From IMG/VR virus record IMGVR_UViG_3300037462_000114, positions 1-38,566 of that record: a DNA stretch of 38,566 nt; one strand, 5' to 3'. Positions 1 through 9,139 of this stretch are shown piece by piece. A model generated the notes under the pieces. It saw only the letters and a program-made list of their open reading frames with translations, did not search any database and was not told the origin of the DNA. The translations under genes and the position numbers were made by a program. How positions within the stretch are numbered: position 1 is the stretch's first letter; each line of letters begins with the position of its first letter. This stretch comes from a virus. Its lineage: Duplodnaviria; Caudoviricetes.

Positions 1-209
1 TCAATCCAAACATATCCAGTTTTACGGGCAGGCAATATGAAGGGTTTTGGGCAGTCCCATAAGGAGCTAATCCTTGGCTAAGTATGTCGACGTCAAAGTA
101 AGCAATACAATAAAAGCACGCCTAAAGAAGCTTATAAAAGTAGCACCTGAAAAAGTAGAAAAGGCTCAAGGGGTAGTTGCGCTCAGAATGATTAGAGACT
201 TTGTAATGG
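1..209 (+). repeat. Terminal direct repeat, left copy (circular overlap)
   Basis: Identical to 38358-38566 except A128 vs G38485. Confidence 0.97.
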
Positions 210-556
210 AGACCCCGAAAATGCCAGTCCTCACGGGCAACATGAGAGGCAGTGGCGCTGTATTTGTGAACGATAAAAAAGTGGCTGATTCTAAATCGAT
301 CGGAGAGAACAAAGGCACGCCACCACAAACAAATGATTTTCCCGAGAAAATGACAGTCCTCGCAGTAATCAACACACCGTACGCAGCCAGGCTAGACCAA
401 AACCTCACTCCAGAGGGCAACATTCAACTAGGTCCTTTTTCTACCCAAGATGGAGGGGTAGGCGGGGGTTTTGTATCTAAAAAAGTCGCATCGAAACGAT
501 ACCAATCTACCTGGACCAAGATTCTTGCAAAATCTATCGCCGATCTTTTAAAATGA
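74..556 (+). CDS. HK97 gp10-like neck/tail-completion protein
   Basis: PVLTGNMRGS and NTPYA motifs typical of the family; lies between head-closure and tail-terminator genes; GGAG SD before TTG. Confidence 0.7.
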   Translation: MAKYVDVKVSNTIKARLKKLIKVAPEKVEKAQGVVALRMIRDFVMETPKMPVLTGNMRGSGAVFVNDKKVADSKSIGENKGTPPQTNDFPEKMTVLAVINTPYAARLDQNLTPEGNIQLGPFSTQDGGVGGGFVSKKVASKRYQSTWTKILAKSIADLLK

Positions 557-584
557 TTGACTTTACCTGACATTTTGTCATGTT
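557..584 (+). promoter_or_regulatory. Putative sigma70-type promoter (leaderless to ATG591) overlapping a 19-bp operator
   Basis: TTGACT 557-562, 16-nt spacer, TGn-CATGTT 579-584; ATG 7 nt later with no SD; contains TGACA-TTT-TGTCA dyad (566-584 is the reverse complement of 29958-29976). Confidence 0.55.
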
Positions 585-590
585 TTGGGT

Positions 591-1004
591 ATGATCGTCT
601 ACGCAATTCACTCTTTTTTAGTTAGCGAGCTAGACGGTATTTTAACCGAAGACCAGATTATTGTCGCACCGATGGACATAAACGAATCTGAAGAAGCGCT
701 GTACTTAAGGGACATGGGTGGCGAAACAAGAGGCTACCCTGATTTTCGGTCTGATGCTTTAATTCAAATCACGGCAGTTGCACGTGATGATTGGCGAGCT
801 AGAGAAATTGCCAATCTGCCCTTTAACTTAATAAGGGAAAAATTTATGGATACATTTACATTTGAAACTACAAACTACCTCGTATCAAAAATAGGGGCGA
901 TACAGAGGCCGACTCCGTTGGGAACAACGAACAAAGGTTTGTATATCTACACAAATAACTACCAGGTTGTTTTTAGTGAACAACCTCAAGAGGTCACAAC
1001 ATGA
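591..1004 (+). CDS. Tail terminator (DUF3168/minor capsid-like)
   Basis: Position directly before tail tube; IQITAVA..D...AREIA and Q.P.PLG...Y.NN patterns; ATG591 preferred over TTG585. Confidence 0.65.
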   Translation: MIVYAIHSFLVSELDGILTEDQIIVAPMDINESEEALYLRDMGGETRGYPDFRSDALIQITAVARDDWRAREIANLPFNLIREKFMDTFTFETTNYLVSKIGAIQRPTPLGTTNKGLYIYTNNYQVVFSEQPQEVTT

Positions 1005-1618
1005 GTAATATTGACAATTTTTTCGGGGGTTCAAACCTCACATTAGGCCCTGCTGATTTAATTTGGGACGCTCCTGTATTTACGGGAGACACTGGATTAG
1101 ATTTATACCTTGGAGGAACGCAAGGGCTTTCCATCCAAAAAGCCATTCAAAAAGCAGATCTTACAAAAGACCAATACGGCACAAGCCCTGCAAATAAAGT
1201 TGCAACGGGTCAAGATCTTATGGTCACAGCTACACTTGTCGAGCTACAACTTGACAGACTAGAAGCTGTATTCCCTGGGTTTCAGCATTACACCAATACA
1301 GCAGGTGCAACTATTGGTTTTGGTTGGGAGTCTGTTTTGGGTCAAAAAGATTCCGACATTGAGCGAGTTTTAAAAATTAATTTGCTTAACCCAAATGGCA
1401 CTCGATCAACAGATCCTGATAAGATTATTTACATCGCAAATGCAGCGCCAAACGTTGATACTGAAATTGCTTTTGATCCAGAAACACAAAGAGCAATCTC
1501 TATTGAGTTTACTGGATATCGTAGACCAAGATTTGTATCTTCGGTAACAGGCGCAGAACTATACTATTTTAGCCAATCAATGGTTGATAATGGTATTGTG
1601 GTACCTGGAACAACATAG
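1001..1618 (+). CDS. Major tail (tube) protein
   Basis: 205 aa beta-rich; LTLGPA..W, LGGTQG, DQYG and VTATLVEL motifs seen in siphophage tube proteins; followed by chaperones and TMP. Confidence 0.75.
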   Translation: MSNIDNFFGGSNLTLGPADLIWDAPVFTGDTGLDLYLGGTQGLSIQKAIQKADLTKDQYGTSPANKVATGQDLMVTATLVELQLDRLEAVFPGFQHYTNTAGATIGFGWESVLGQKDSDIERVLKINLLNPNGTRSTDPDKIIYIANAAPNVDTEIAFDPETQRAISIEFTGYRRPRFVSSVTGAELYYFSQSMVDNGIVVPGTT

Positions 1619-1634
1619 GAGATAACCAACTAGA

Positions 1635-1970
1635 GTGAAGTTTGTAGCGAAGAAAAGACCAGAAACGAAAATAGAAGTAGTATTCCCAGACGAGACTGTC
1701 AAAGAATTTGCAATCGTTCAAAGGAACATTGAGACGGCAAGAAATGCTCAAGTTCTTTTTAAGAAAATGCAGACTGCAAATTCTGAAGATCCAAAAGAGT
1801 CAATGAAGGCTCTAGACGATATGCTGAAATTTTTGTTCCCTGGGGCTTCGCTAAAAGATTTTGAAAAGTTAGATATGGATGATTTAGTATCCTTGCTACA
1901 ACAAATGCAAGGCTACCTTGAAGGGTTGCAAGACAGACCTCAAGACGAAAAAAAAAATCAATCCAACTAG
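1635..1970 (+). CDS. Tail assembly chaperone (gpG-like)
   Basis: Between tube and TMP; ends EKKN with a slippery A-run. Confidence 0.8.
   Translation: MKFVAKKRPETKIEVVFPDETVKEFAIVQRNIETARNAQVLFKKMQTANSEDPKESMKALDDMLKFLFPGASLKDFEKLDMDDLVSLLQQMQGYLEGLQDRPQDEKKNQSN
1947..1957 (+). other. Programmed -1 ribosomal frameshift site (G AAA AAA AAA A)
   Basis: G followed by 10 A; the -1 frame from 1955 (KSIQLAYLDQKLL...) is open into ORF 2021-2314. Confidence 0.85.
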
Positions 1971-2314
1971 CCTATCTTGACCAAAAACTTCTCTCTGTTG
2001 GGTATTCATACCAAGATATTATGAGTATGACGCCTGAACAATATCAAGACGCTTTAACAGCCCAAAACGCTACAGCTATTGATAAGTATTTAGATTTGGT
2101 GTCTGCTGCTAGAATGGGTATGTCCATAAATGGGTTTAAAAACCCAGGCAAAATCGAAAAACAACGTACTAAACAAATAAAGTCATTGGAACACAAACGA
2201 CTGTCATATTTAAAAATAGCAGACTCTTTGCTACCGGATGCAAAAAAAGTAGAAGCCGACCGAGAAAAATTAAAATCTTTTTTCCAGTCGCAAGTGAAGG
2301 CAACTAATGTTTGA
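1955..2314 (+). CDS. gpT-like extension of tail assembly chaperone (G-T fusion)
   Basis: -1 frame is continuous from the slippery site to TGA 2314; GYSYQDIMSMTPEQ resembles gpT motifs. Confidence 0.8.
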   Translation, partial: KSIQLAYLDQKLLSVGYSYQDIMSMTPEQYQDALTAQNATAIDKYLDLVSAARMGMSINGFKNPGKIEKQRTKQIKSLEHKRLSYLKIADSLLPDAKKVEADREKLKSFFQSQVKATNV

Positions 2315-5129
2315 TGCCGGGTCAATAATAGCAAAATTTAAAGTAGATTCATCTGATTTTGATAAACGATTAAAGTCGGCAGGCAATTCAATTGACGGTA
2401 TGCAGTCGAGAATTGACCGATTGCAAAAGTTAGTCAATAAATCAGATTTTGGTTCTCCAAGATTTCAAAAACTATCCGAAGCACTTAATCAAGCCAATGC
2501 TGATATGTCACGTATGCAAGCAAGGGCGCAAGGCACAACTTCAGTCATGGCTACCCTTGGCAAAACCATTGCAGCGATTGGCGTAGCTCAATTTGGGAAA
2601 TCTGTATTTGATATTACAAAGACTTTTGAAAAATATAACGCAGTATTAAAAAACTCACTTGGCTCACAAGAAGAAGCGGCGAAAGCAATGCAGTTGATTC
2701 AAAACTTTGCAGCCAAAACTCCGTTTTCTGTAGATGAGCTTACTGCCGCATATATCAAATTTGTAAACAGAGGAATAAAACCCACCAAAGAAGAACTTAC
2801 AGCACTTGGTGATATTGCGTCTTCTCAAGGGAAGTCTTTTGACCAATTAACAGAAGCAATACTAGACGCTACTCAAGGCGAATTTGAACGCTTAAAAGAA
2901 TTCGGTATCCGTGCAACGTCCGCAGGGAACCAGGTGCAATTGGCATTTAAGGGAGTGAACCTTGAAGTTGCGAAAACACCCGAGGCAATAAACGCAGCAC
3001 TTATACAGCTTGGCAAAATGGAAGGGGTAGCGGGCTCTATGGCTGCGATCTCCGATACATTAGAAGGTCAAGTATCTAACCTTGGCGATTCCTTTGACTC
3101 TTTGCAAGTTACACTAGGGCAAGCCTTAGCCCCTGTAATGAAAACAGTTATTTCTATTATTGCGAGTATGATTCAAGGGCTTACTGAGTTTGTAACAAAC
3201 AACAAAGAACTGATAAAACAAATCGCACAAGTTGCCGCCGTTATGGTTCCATTAATTGCGGGGTTCAAAGCTTTTAACATGATTATGGTTGGGCTCCCTG
3301 CCGTAATTGGTTCTGTTGGGCGTGCATTAACTGTAGCTTTTGGACCTGCCTCGCTTGCAATCACAGGAATAGCACTATTGATTAATTACATTATAAACGC
3401 TAGGGGAGAGCTTCAAAAGTTTAGGGAAGATGCTATTAAATCAGCAGGTCAAAAAATAGCCCCACAAGATTTAGATATGGCAATTGCAAAATTGCAAGCA
3501 TTCAATCGAGAGTTTGGTAGCCGTGGAGTAATTCAGGCAACTTCAATTGAGACCATGAATCGGATGAATGAGAAAATCAAAGAGCTTTCTCAACTGCTTG
3601 GCATGACTGAAGCTGATTTCAGAAAAGCATTTATTCAAGGTGGAGGTGGCGCAGTAGTAGTTGCAAGAACTGAAATAGCAAAAGCAACAGATGACCTTCG
3701 TAAAATGAAAACCGAAACGGCATCCACAGGCGCAACAATCAACACAACATTTCGTGGTGGGAAAATCGCAGTAGAAGAAACAAAAAATGAAATCCAAGCT
3801 ACTTCTGATGTCGTCGCTGATACTAAATCTAATTTTGAACAACTTGGTCAATCATTGCAACAAATCTTTAGTGGCATCAACCAAGGGCTAGAAGCGGCAA
3901 TGACTAACTTAATGCAACGCTTACAAAACAACCTCCAAAACGTCCAAAGACGGATTAATATATTTAATACATTTGCTTCTGTCTATTTAGAAAAAATGAG
4001 AAGGGCTCAAGAAGACGAGCTTAAGTTTGCAGAAGAAAATTCACAAAGAGAACTTGAGAATTTTAAGAAAATAGAACAAGACAAGGTCAACGCAGTTCGT
4101 ACTGCTGAACAAGAAAAAATTGACGCACTAAAAAAAGCTCAAATTGAAAAAGAAGCATTGGCGAATTCTGAATTACAAAATAGATTAGCGCAACTCGAAG
4201 CAGAAAAGCTTGCATACATCGACCAAAAAAGACTTGAGTTTGAGCGAGAGCAAATGCAGATTCTTATGTCTGTTGAATCGCAGAAAAACAAAACTTTAGC
4301 ACTACAGGCAAACGAACAAGACTGGCTTGCATTTTTAGAAACAATTAACGGGGAGTATCGAGATAGAGAATTAGCACTTGCCAATGAATTCAAAACAGAA
4401 CGAGAAGTCAGCAACGCAGAACTTAAAGCTAATATTGAACAACAAGAAGCCCAATCTAATGCGGCAATCGAAGCAGAAGAACTTGCATCTAACGAACGAA
4501 TCAAAGCTGAGGAGCAAAGGCAAGCCGAAAAGCTCCAAGCAATTAAGGAAAAACAAGAACAAGAAAAAAGAGATGCTGAAAAAAAATCTGCATTTATAAA
4601 ATATACATTAGATGTAGCGGCAATGGAAGTAAGCAAACAAGTAGCTAGGGCAACAGCAGGCATGGCACTTGCACAATCACTAATGTATGCAACACTAGCA
4701 GGTATTGCTATCACAGCATTTTCTGCGCCATTTATGGGTCCCTTTGCAATTCCTCTTGGTGTCGCAGCAGGGGCAACATTGGCAGCGCTTGCAGTAGGCA
4801 CGTATTCAATGACTCTCGCAGGGATTGGATCTCAGTTTGTAGTTCCACCTGCTGAGTTGTTTATGGAAGATGGCGGTGTATTGGGTGGAAAACGCCACAT
4901 GAACGGCGGGACCCGTATGGGGTCAATTGAAGCAGAACGAGGAGAGCTATTTGTCAACAGAGCGAGAACAGAACAACTATTCAACTGGATGGACAGTGGG
5001 ATGTCTATGGGTGGGGTTGTGGTATATATTCAGCCAGGCGCATTCCAAGGAGTAGGTGACCTATCCGATGAATCGGTGCAGATTATTGGCAGAAAAATAG
5101 GCGAGCAAATTAGTAGGAGATCGTTCTAA
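2307..5129 (+). CDS. Tape measure protein
   Basis: 940 aa; N-terminal tape-measure motif (FAAKTPFSVDEL, LGDIASS, SNLGDS); coiled coil; hydrophobic segments. Confidence 0.93.
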   Translation: MFDAGSIIAKFKVDSSDFDKRLKSAGNSIDGMQSRIDRLQKLVNKSDFGSPRFQKLSEALNQANADMSRMQARAQGTTSVMATLGKTIAAIGVAQFGKSVFDITKTFEKYNAVLKNSLGSQEEAAKAMQLIQNFAAKTPFSVDELTAAYIKFVNRGIKPTKEELTALGDIASSQGKSFDQLTEAILDATQGEFERLKEFGIRATSAGNQVQLAFKGVNLEVAKTPEAINAALIQLGKMEGVAGSMAAISDTLEGQVSNLGDSFDSLQVTLGQALAPVMKTVISIIASMIQGLTEFVTNNKELIKQIAQVAAVMVPLIAGFKAFNMIMVGLPAVIGSVGRALTVAFGPASLAITGIALLINYIINARGELQKFREDAIKSAGQKIAPQDLDMAIAKLQAFNREFGSRGVIQATSIETMNRMNEKIKELSQLLGMTEADFRKAFIQGGGGAVVVARTEIAKATDDLRKMKTETASTGATINTTFRGGKIAVEETKNEIQATSDVVADTKSNFEQLGQSLQQIFSGINQGLEAAMTNLMQRLQNNLQNVQRRINIFNTFASVYLEKMRRAQEDELKFAEENSQRELENFKKIEQDKVNAVRTAEQEKIDALKKAQIEKEALANSELQNRLAQLEAEKLAYIDQKRLEFEREQMQILMSVESQKNKTLALQANEQDWLAFLETINGEYRDRELALANEFKTEREVSNAELKANIEQQEAQSNAAIEAEELASNERIKAEEQRQAEKLQAIKEKQEQEKRDAEKKSAFIKYTLDVAAMEVSKQVARATAGMALAQSLMYATLAGIAITAFSAPFMGPFAIPLGVAAGATLAALAVGTYSMTLAGIGSQFVVPPAELFMEDGGVLGGKRHMNGGTRMGSIEAERGELFVNRARTEQLFNWMDSGMSMGGVVVYIQPGAFQGVGDLSDESVQIIGRKIGEQISRRSF

Positions 5130-5899
5130 TGTCGAGAATACTTCAAATAAGAAATGTGAACGATACAGTCTACAATCTAGAAGATGACTGGTATTTTGAT
5201 TTGTCAGATTTACGAAGACGGTTGTCTTTATCTGCTAGATATTCCAAAAATGGATCTAACGCATCTGGGGATAGAAAATCAGACGCTCGAACTATGAATT
5301 TTAGGCGAGTGTTTACATCTCAAAACGATTCCTCATACATAACTTACATGAACACCTTATCAGGGTTTTTCGATGAAATCAATGCCCCTTTTTTTTTAGA
5401 AGATGTAACTAATGGTAGAAGGGCACAAATAGAATGCGCAAGGATTGGCTCTAGACCTCAAGCAGATGGGAATAGGTATCGGGTTGAAAACATAGATTTA
5501 GAAATTGTTATGCTAGATGCTGAATGGGAAGATTTAGTAGAAACAGAAAACGATCAAGGCGAAGTAATTAACGAAGGGACTTTTAACATAAACAACCCTG
5601 GGAAAGAAGTCTACCCGATTATTGAACTTACAGCCAACTCAGATATTTTGGAATTTGAACTTAGAAACCTTACAAACTCAACAGGGTTTTCTATGTCTAT
5701 ATTAGATTTTTTAACTTCTGACATCATAGAAGTAAATTCAAAAACAGGTGTCATATCTAAAGCAGGGGTTGACATTACAGGAAACATTGTTGAAGGTGGA
5801 CCTCCTAAATTGTCGGCAGGTGTAAATCAATTTCAATATTCATCTAGTACCGGCTCTTGTGATATTGTAGTCAAATGGAGGAGAGTGTATGACTTCTAG
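5129..5899 (+). CDS. Distal tail protein (Dit)
   Basis: Follows TMP; INNPG..YPII and L.AGVNQF C-terminal motifs of siphovirus Dit. Confidence 0.75.
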   Translation: MSRILQIRNVNDTVYNLEDDWYFDLSDLRRRLSLSARYSKNGSNASGDRKSDARTMNFRRVFTSQNDSSYITYMNTLSGFFDEINAPFFLEDVTNGRRAQIECARIGSRPQADGNRYRVENIDLEIVMLDAEWEDLVETENDQGEVINEGTFNINNPGKEVYPIIELTANSDILEFELRNLTNSTGFSMSILDFLTSDIIEVNSKTGVISKAGVDITGNIVEGGPPKLSAGVNQFQYSSSTGSCDIVVKWRRVYDF

Positions 5900-7646
5900 G
5901 TTGATAGACTTCCCTGCGCTTGGCATTTTATTATTAAGCGAATGTTTGTTTAGTGATGGGCCTCAACAACCATACATTATTGATGATGATTTGTCAGATC
6001 TTGGAAGACCAAGACGAGGGCAAGCAGGATGGGGAACGGTTGGCGCTAGGTCATGGGGAAGAACTTACGAATTTACAGCAAGGACACCACCTACAAATAC
6101 TTCTCAGGTTGCATTGCTTGAGTTTTCTTCTTTTAGTGGGGGCTTACTTGGTCAACTTCGCACAGATATTAGATACCCATTAATCAGATCTTTAAAATTT
6201 ACAATTGATAATTTTGGATGTGCTGACTTCCAAATGATTCTAAACAATCTTCCCGACTTCCCAATTATTTCAGGATCTAAATTTTCCATTAGATTAAACG
6301 ATGACCCTAATGTTGTGTACCAAGGATATCTTGAGTATGACGCTGAAGAAGGCACAAAAAAAGCTGAGTATATTTATGACGGCTTTGGCTTTAGAAAACA
6401 ATTAAAAGATTGGGTAGTCATGCCAGAAGATACAAGCTCAGTTTATCCCGCAGGGTTAAGAGCAGGCGAAATTGTAGCCGATATCATGGAAAACATTGTA
6501 GCACCCAATACAAATGTTGGGTATAACGTAAACAAAATAGACCTTACTGCGGGGGCATTGACAACCAACGAAATAGACTTTGGTGGGTTTGCAATATCGG
6601 ACGTATTTGACAACCTCGCTTTAATCTCAAATTGCGAATGGAGAGTTGACGGTTCAGGAGAATTGTCGTTTGAGCCGATTGGCGATACTATCCGAAAAAC
6701 TTGGGTTATCGGTTATGGGATGGGAGAGTTTGACGTTAAAAAAAATATTTCTACTGTAAGAAACTCGATCATTGTAGAGCGAACAGAGGGACGGGGCTCA
6801 GGTGGTAGCGGGTTTACGGTAGCGGGGATATTTCAAGATCAGACTTCAATAGCCAAGTATGGGCTTAGAACATTTACCCAAAAAGTACCTGGGTTTTTTG
6901 GGAATACCGAATGTGCCATTATTGGCAACCAAGTATTAGAGAACTTAAAAGAACCAGAACTATCGGCGTCGATGCGCAGAATACAAATAAGATCGAGTAG
7001 CGACATTTTACCATTTGGTCGCCATCGGTTTATTATGCCAGTCGAAGTATATCCTGAACTACTAACAGAAGATGAAGACTCAACAGATTGGAGTATATCG
7101 GGAACGGGTGACCTTGCTTTATCCAATGACACCGATTTTGTAATACAAGGGTTTCAATCATTAAAACTAGATTTTGCATCTGCAAATGGGCAAGAATTTA
7201 CTCTACCTGTAAGCGCTAAAGGTAAGGTGGTATCGTTTGACATTTGGATTTGGTCATCTGCAACAGGAACTATATTTACATTTGGTTTTGGATTGACTAA
7301 CTTTACGGAAAATACTACGTTAGTTACATTACCAGGCGCAGGTCGATGGTATCGTTGGAGATGGGACGTAGAAAGCCAGCTTCAACAAAGAATTGGCGAG
7401 ATTGGGTTTCGGATAGAAGTTCCCGACGGCACAGGCAGTGAAACAATTTACATAGATTCCATCACTGCTAATTTAAGAGGTCAGAGACACTATCAAATGA
7501 AATTTAATCGATGCACATATACATTTAGCGATCAAACCCAAACAGCAGACGCTGAGTTTGGCGAGCTACCTCCAAAAGATTCGGATTATGTAGCAGGTCT
7601 TATTGCACAAACACAAATTATGAACGTAGGGAACAGAAAGCGATGA
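5889..7646 (+). CDS. Baseplate hub/Tal-like protein with inserted carbohydrate-binding-like domain
   Basis: Follows Dit; hub motifs (WRVD..G.L.F, DQTSIAKYG); beta-sandwich insertion about 7050-7470 (GFQSLKLDF...WIWS...IYIDSI). Confidence 0.65.
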   Translation: MTSRLIDFPALGILLLSECLFSDGPQQPYIIDDDLSDLGRPRRGQAGWGTVGARSWGRTYEFTARTPPTNTSQVALLEFSSFSGGLLGQLRTDIRYPLIRSLKFTIDNFGCADFQMILNNLPDFPIISGSKFSIRLNDDPNVVYQGYLEYDAEEGTKKAEYIYDGFGFRKQLKDWVVMPEDTSSVYPAGLRAGEIVADIMENIVAPNTNVGYNVNKIDLTAGALTTNEIDFGGFAISDVFDNLALISNCEWRVDGSGELSFEPIGDTIRKTWVIGYGMGEFDVKKNISTVRNSIIVERTEGRGSGGSGFTVAGIFQDQTSIAKYGLRTFTQKVPGFFGNTECAIIGNQVLENLKEPELSASMRRIQIRSSSDILPFGRHRFIMPVEVYPELLTEDEDSTDWSISGTGDLALSNDTDFVIQGFQSLKLDFASANGQEFTLPVSAKGKVVSFDIWIWSSATGTIFTFGFGLTNFTENTTLVTLPGAGRWYRWRWDVESQLQQRIGEIGFRIEVPDGTGSETIYIDSITANLRGQRHYQMKFNRCTYTFSDQTQTADAEFGELPPKDSDYVAGLIAQTQIMNVGNRKR

Positions 7647-9139
7647 GTTTTAATGACAACGACAACTGGCAAATAGACCCTTTTATTGGTACATTAGGTT
7701 TTGTGCCAAGAGTAGAAACACATACCGTAAGACAGTATAGTAATTATGGAAATCGTTTTGGTGTTCAAGTTGACTACAATATTTTATTTACGAATCCTTC
7801 GACAGTTTCAATTCCAGGCTATACAGAAGTAGCTTTTGGGGTATCGCCTTCCATAAATCAGTTTAGGGTAGACTATGACAACCTTCGGCAAGATGGGACG
7901 GTCATAGAGACAATCAAATACAAGAATACAGCTTTCATCGAATTTAACGCAGGTGCAAACGGTTCATCTGTAACAGTGACTTACCGAGGGACAGGTAGAG
8001 TAGTAACAGGCAAAAACCTTGCAAACTTTATAGCAGACCAGGCAATACCTGGGGGTCTTGAAATTGAAGGAGAATTGTCATTTACTCAAGACGCTGATGC
8101 GGGGGGCAATAAAATAACAAACGGCGCAGACGGTACAAACCCTGGCGATTTTGTTACCTTAAGACAATTGAACCAGGTAAAAAATACATTTATATTTGGG
8201 ACATGGCAAAATGTGTATACTTTTACTGAGCCTTCTTTTGAACCAATTAAAATATTTTATTCTGAATCAGATACTAGGTATGTAGTTATTGCAAACGAAG
8301 CTGCATTTTCAGGGAGCCCAAAAGCAGCTTATTCTTCTGATTTAATTACTTGGAATTTCGTAACTATTAGTGGCTCTTCTTTAGGGAGTGCAGCTAATAG
8401 TGGGTTTATAGAATCACTTAACCTTTATTTTGTTTTTGTTGGCACTACTAGCAATCTTTTTACTTCGTCCAATGGTATATCTTGGACAAATTATTCAATC
8501 CCAATACAACTATCAAATAATTTAGCTTACTCCCCTAGCTTGTCTAGGTATGTAATAATTTCACCAAGTGGGTCAGGTGGCACAAGAGCTGCATACTCAT
8601 CTAATTTAACAAGTTGGACAAATGTGACATCGCCTTCAAATTTAGCTGCTACAACTTTTATATGGTCTTCAAGGCTTAGCCTTTTTGTTGCTTTAGCTAA
8701 CAGAAATTTGTTTACTTCGCCCGATGGGATTACATGGACGCAACAATCAGATATCGGAGTTTCGGGCGATGTAGTAATACCAAGATCAATGGCAGAAAAC
8801 GATAATTTTCTTTTTGCTACAAAATATAATGCTACTTCGGATGAACTTACTTTGATTAAATCATCAAATGGTATTACATGGACAAATGAAGGTGTATTGA
8901 CAAATGTACCAAGTCAACCGACCAATCTTCAGGCATCCTATTCTGAGACAACAGGGAATTATATTTTTGCGGGATCTAATTTAGCTGCATTATATAAATC
9001 TCCAGATATTGAAGCATTGGAATTGTTGCCATTTTTTAATAGTTCGACAGCTTCATCAATAAATTGGGGGGAAGGTGTGAATAGATATTTTGCAATTGTT
9101 GACAAAAACATATACAGAACATCGGAGTTTATAACATGA
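7643..9139 (+). CDS. Tail fibre/receptor-binding protein with C-terminal beta-propeller
   Basis: ADGTNPGDFVTLRQL stalk motif; five S-x-D/N-G/L-x-T/S-W Asp-box-like repeats. Confidence 0.75.
   Translation: MSFNDNDNWQIDPFIGTLGFVPRVETHTVRQYSNYGNRFGVQVDYNILFTNPSTVSIPGYTEVAFGVSPSINQFRVDYDNLRQDGTVIETIKYKNTAFIEFNAGANGSSVTVTYRGTGRVVTGKNLANFIADQAIPGGLEIEGELSFTQDADAGGNKITNGADGTNPGDFVTLRQLNQVKNTFIFGTWQNVYTFTEPSFEPIKIFYSESDTRYVVIANEAAFSGSPKAAYSSDLITWNFVTISGSSLGSAANSGFIESLNLYFVFVGTTSNLFTSSNGISWTNYSIPIQLSNNLAYSPSLSRYVIISPSGSGGTRAAYSSNLTSWTNVTSPSNLAATTFIWSSRLSLFVALANRNLFTSPDGITWTQQSDIGVSGDVVIPRSMAENDNFLFATKYNATSDELTLIKSSNGITWTNEGVLTNVPSQPTNLQASYSETTGNYIFAGSNLAALYKSPDIEALELLPFFNSSTASSINWGEGVNRYFAIVDKNIYRTSEFIT

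Noticed and set aside
990-1004. Shared C-terminal TT in tail terminator, tail tube and portal as a modification tag
   Set aside because: In two of three cases it is explained by the ACATGA stop/start overlap with the next gene
4139-4801. 220-aa minus-strand ORF, and other long antisense ORFs (e.g. 9462-9908, 13815-14252, 31651-32025)
   Set aside because: They are shadows of well-supported plus-strand genes, with Ser/Ala/Leu-biased composition and no motifs or initiation signals
8190-9139. Calling the propeller a sialidase
   Set aside because: Only Asp-box-like repeats are visible; no (F/Y)RIP motif or clear Arg triad
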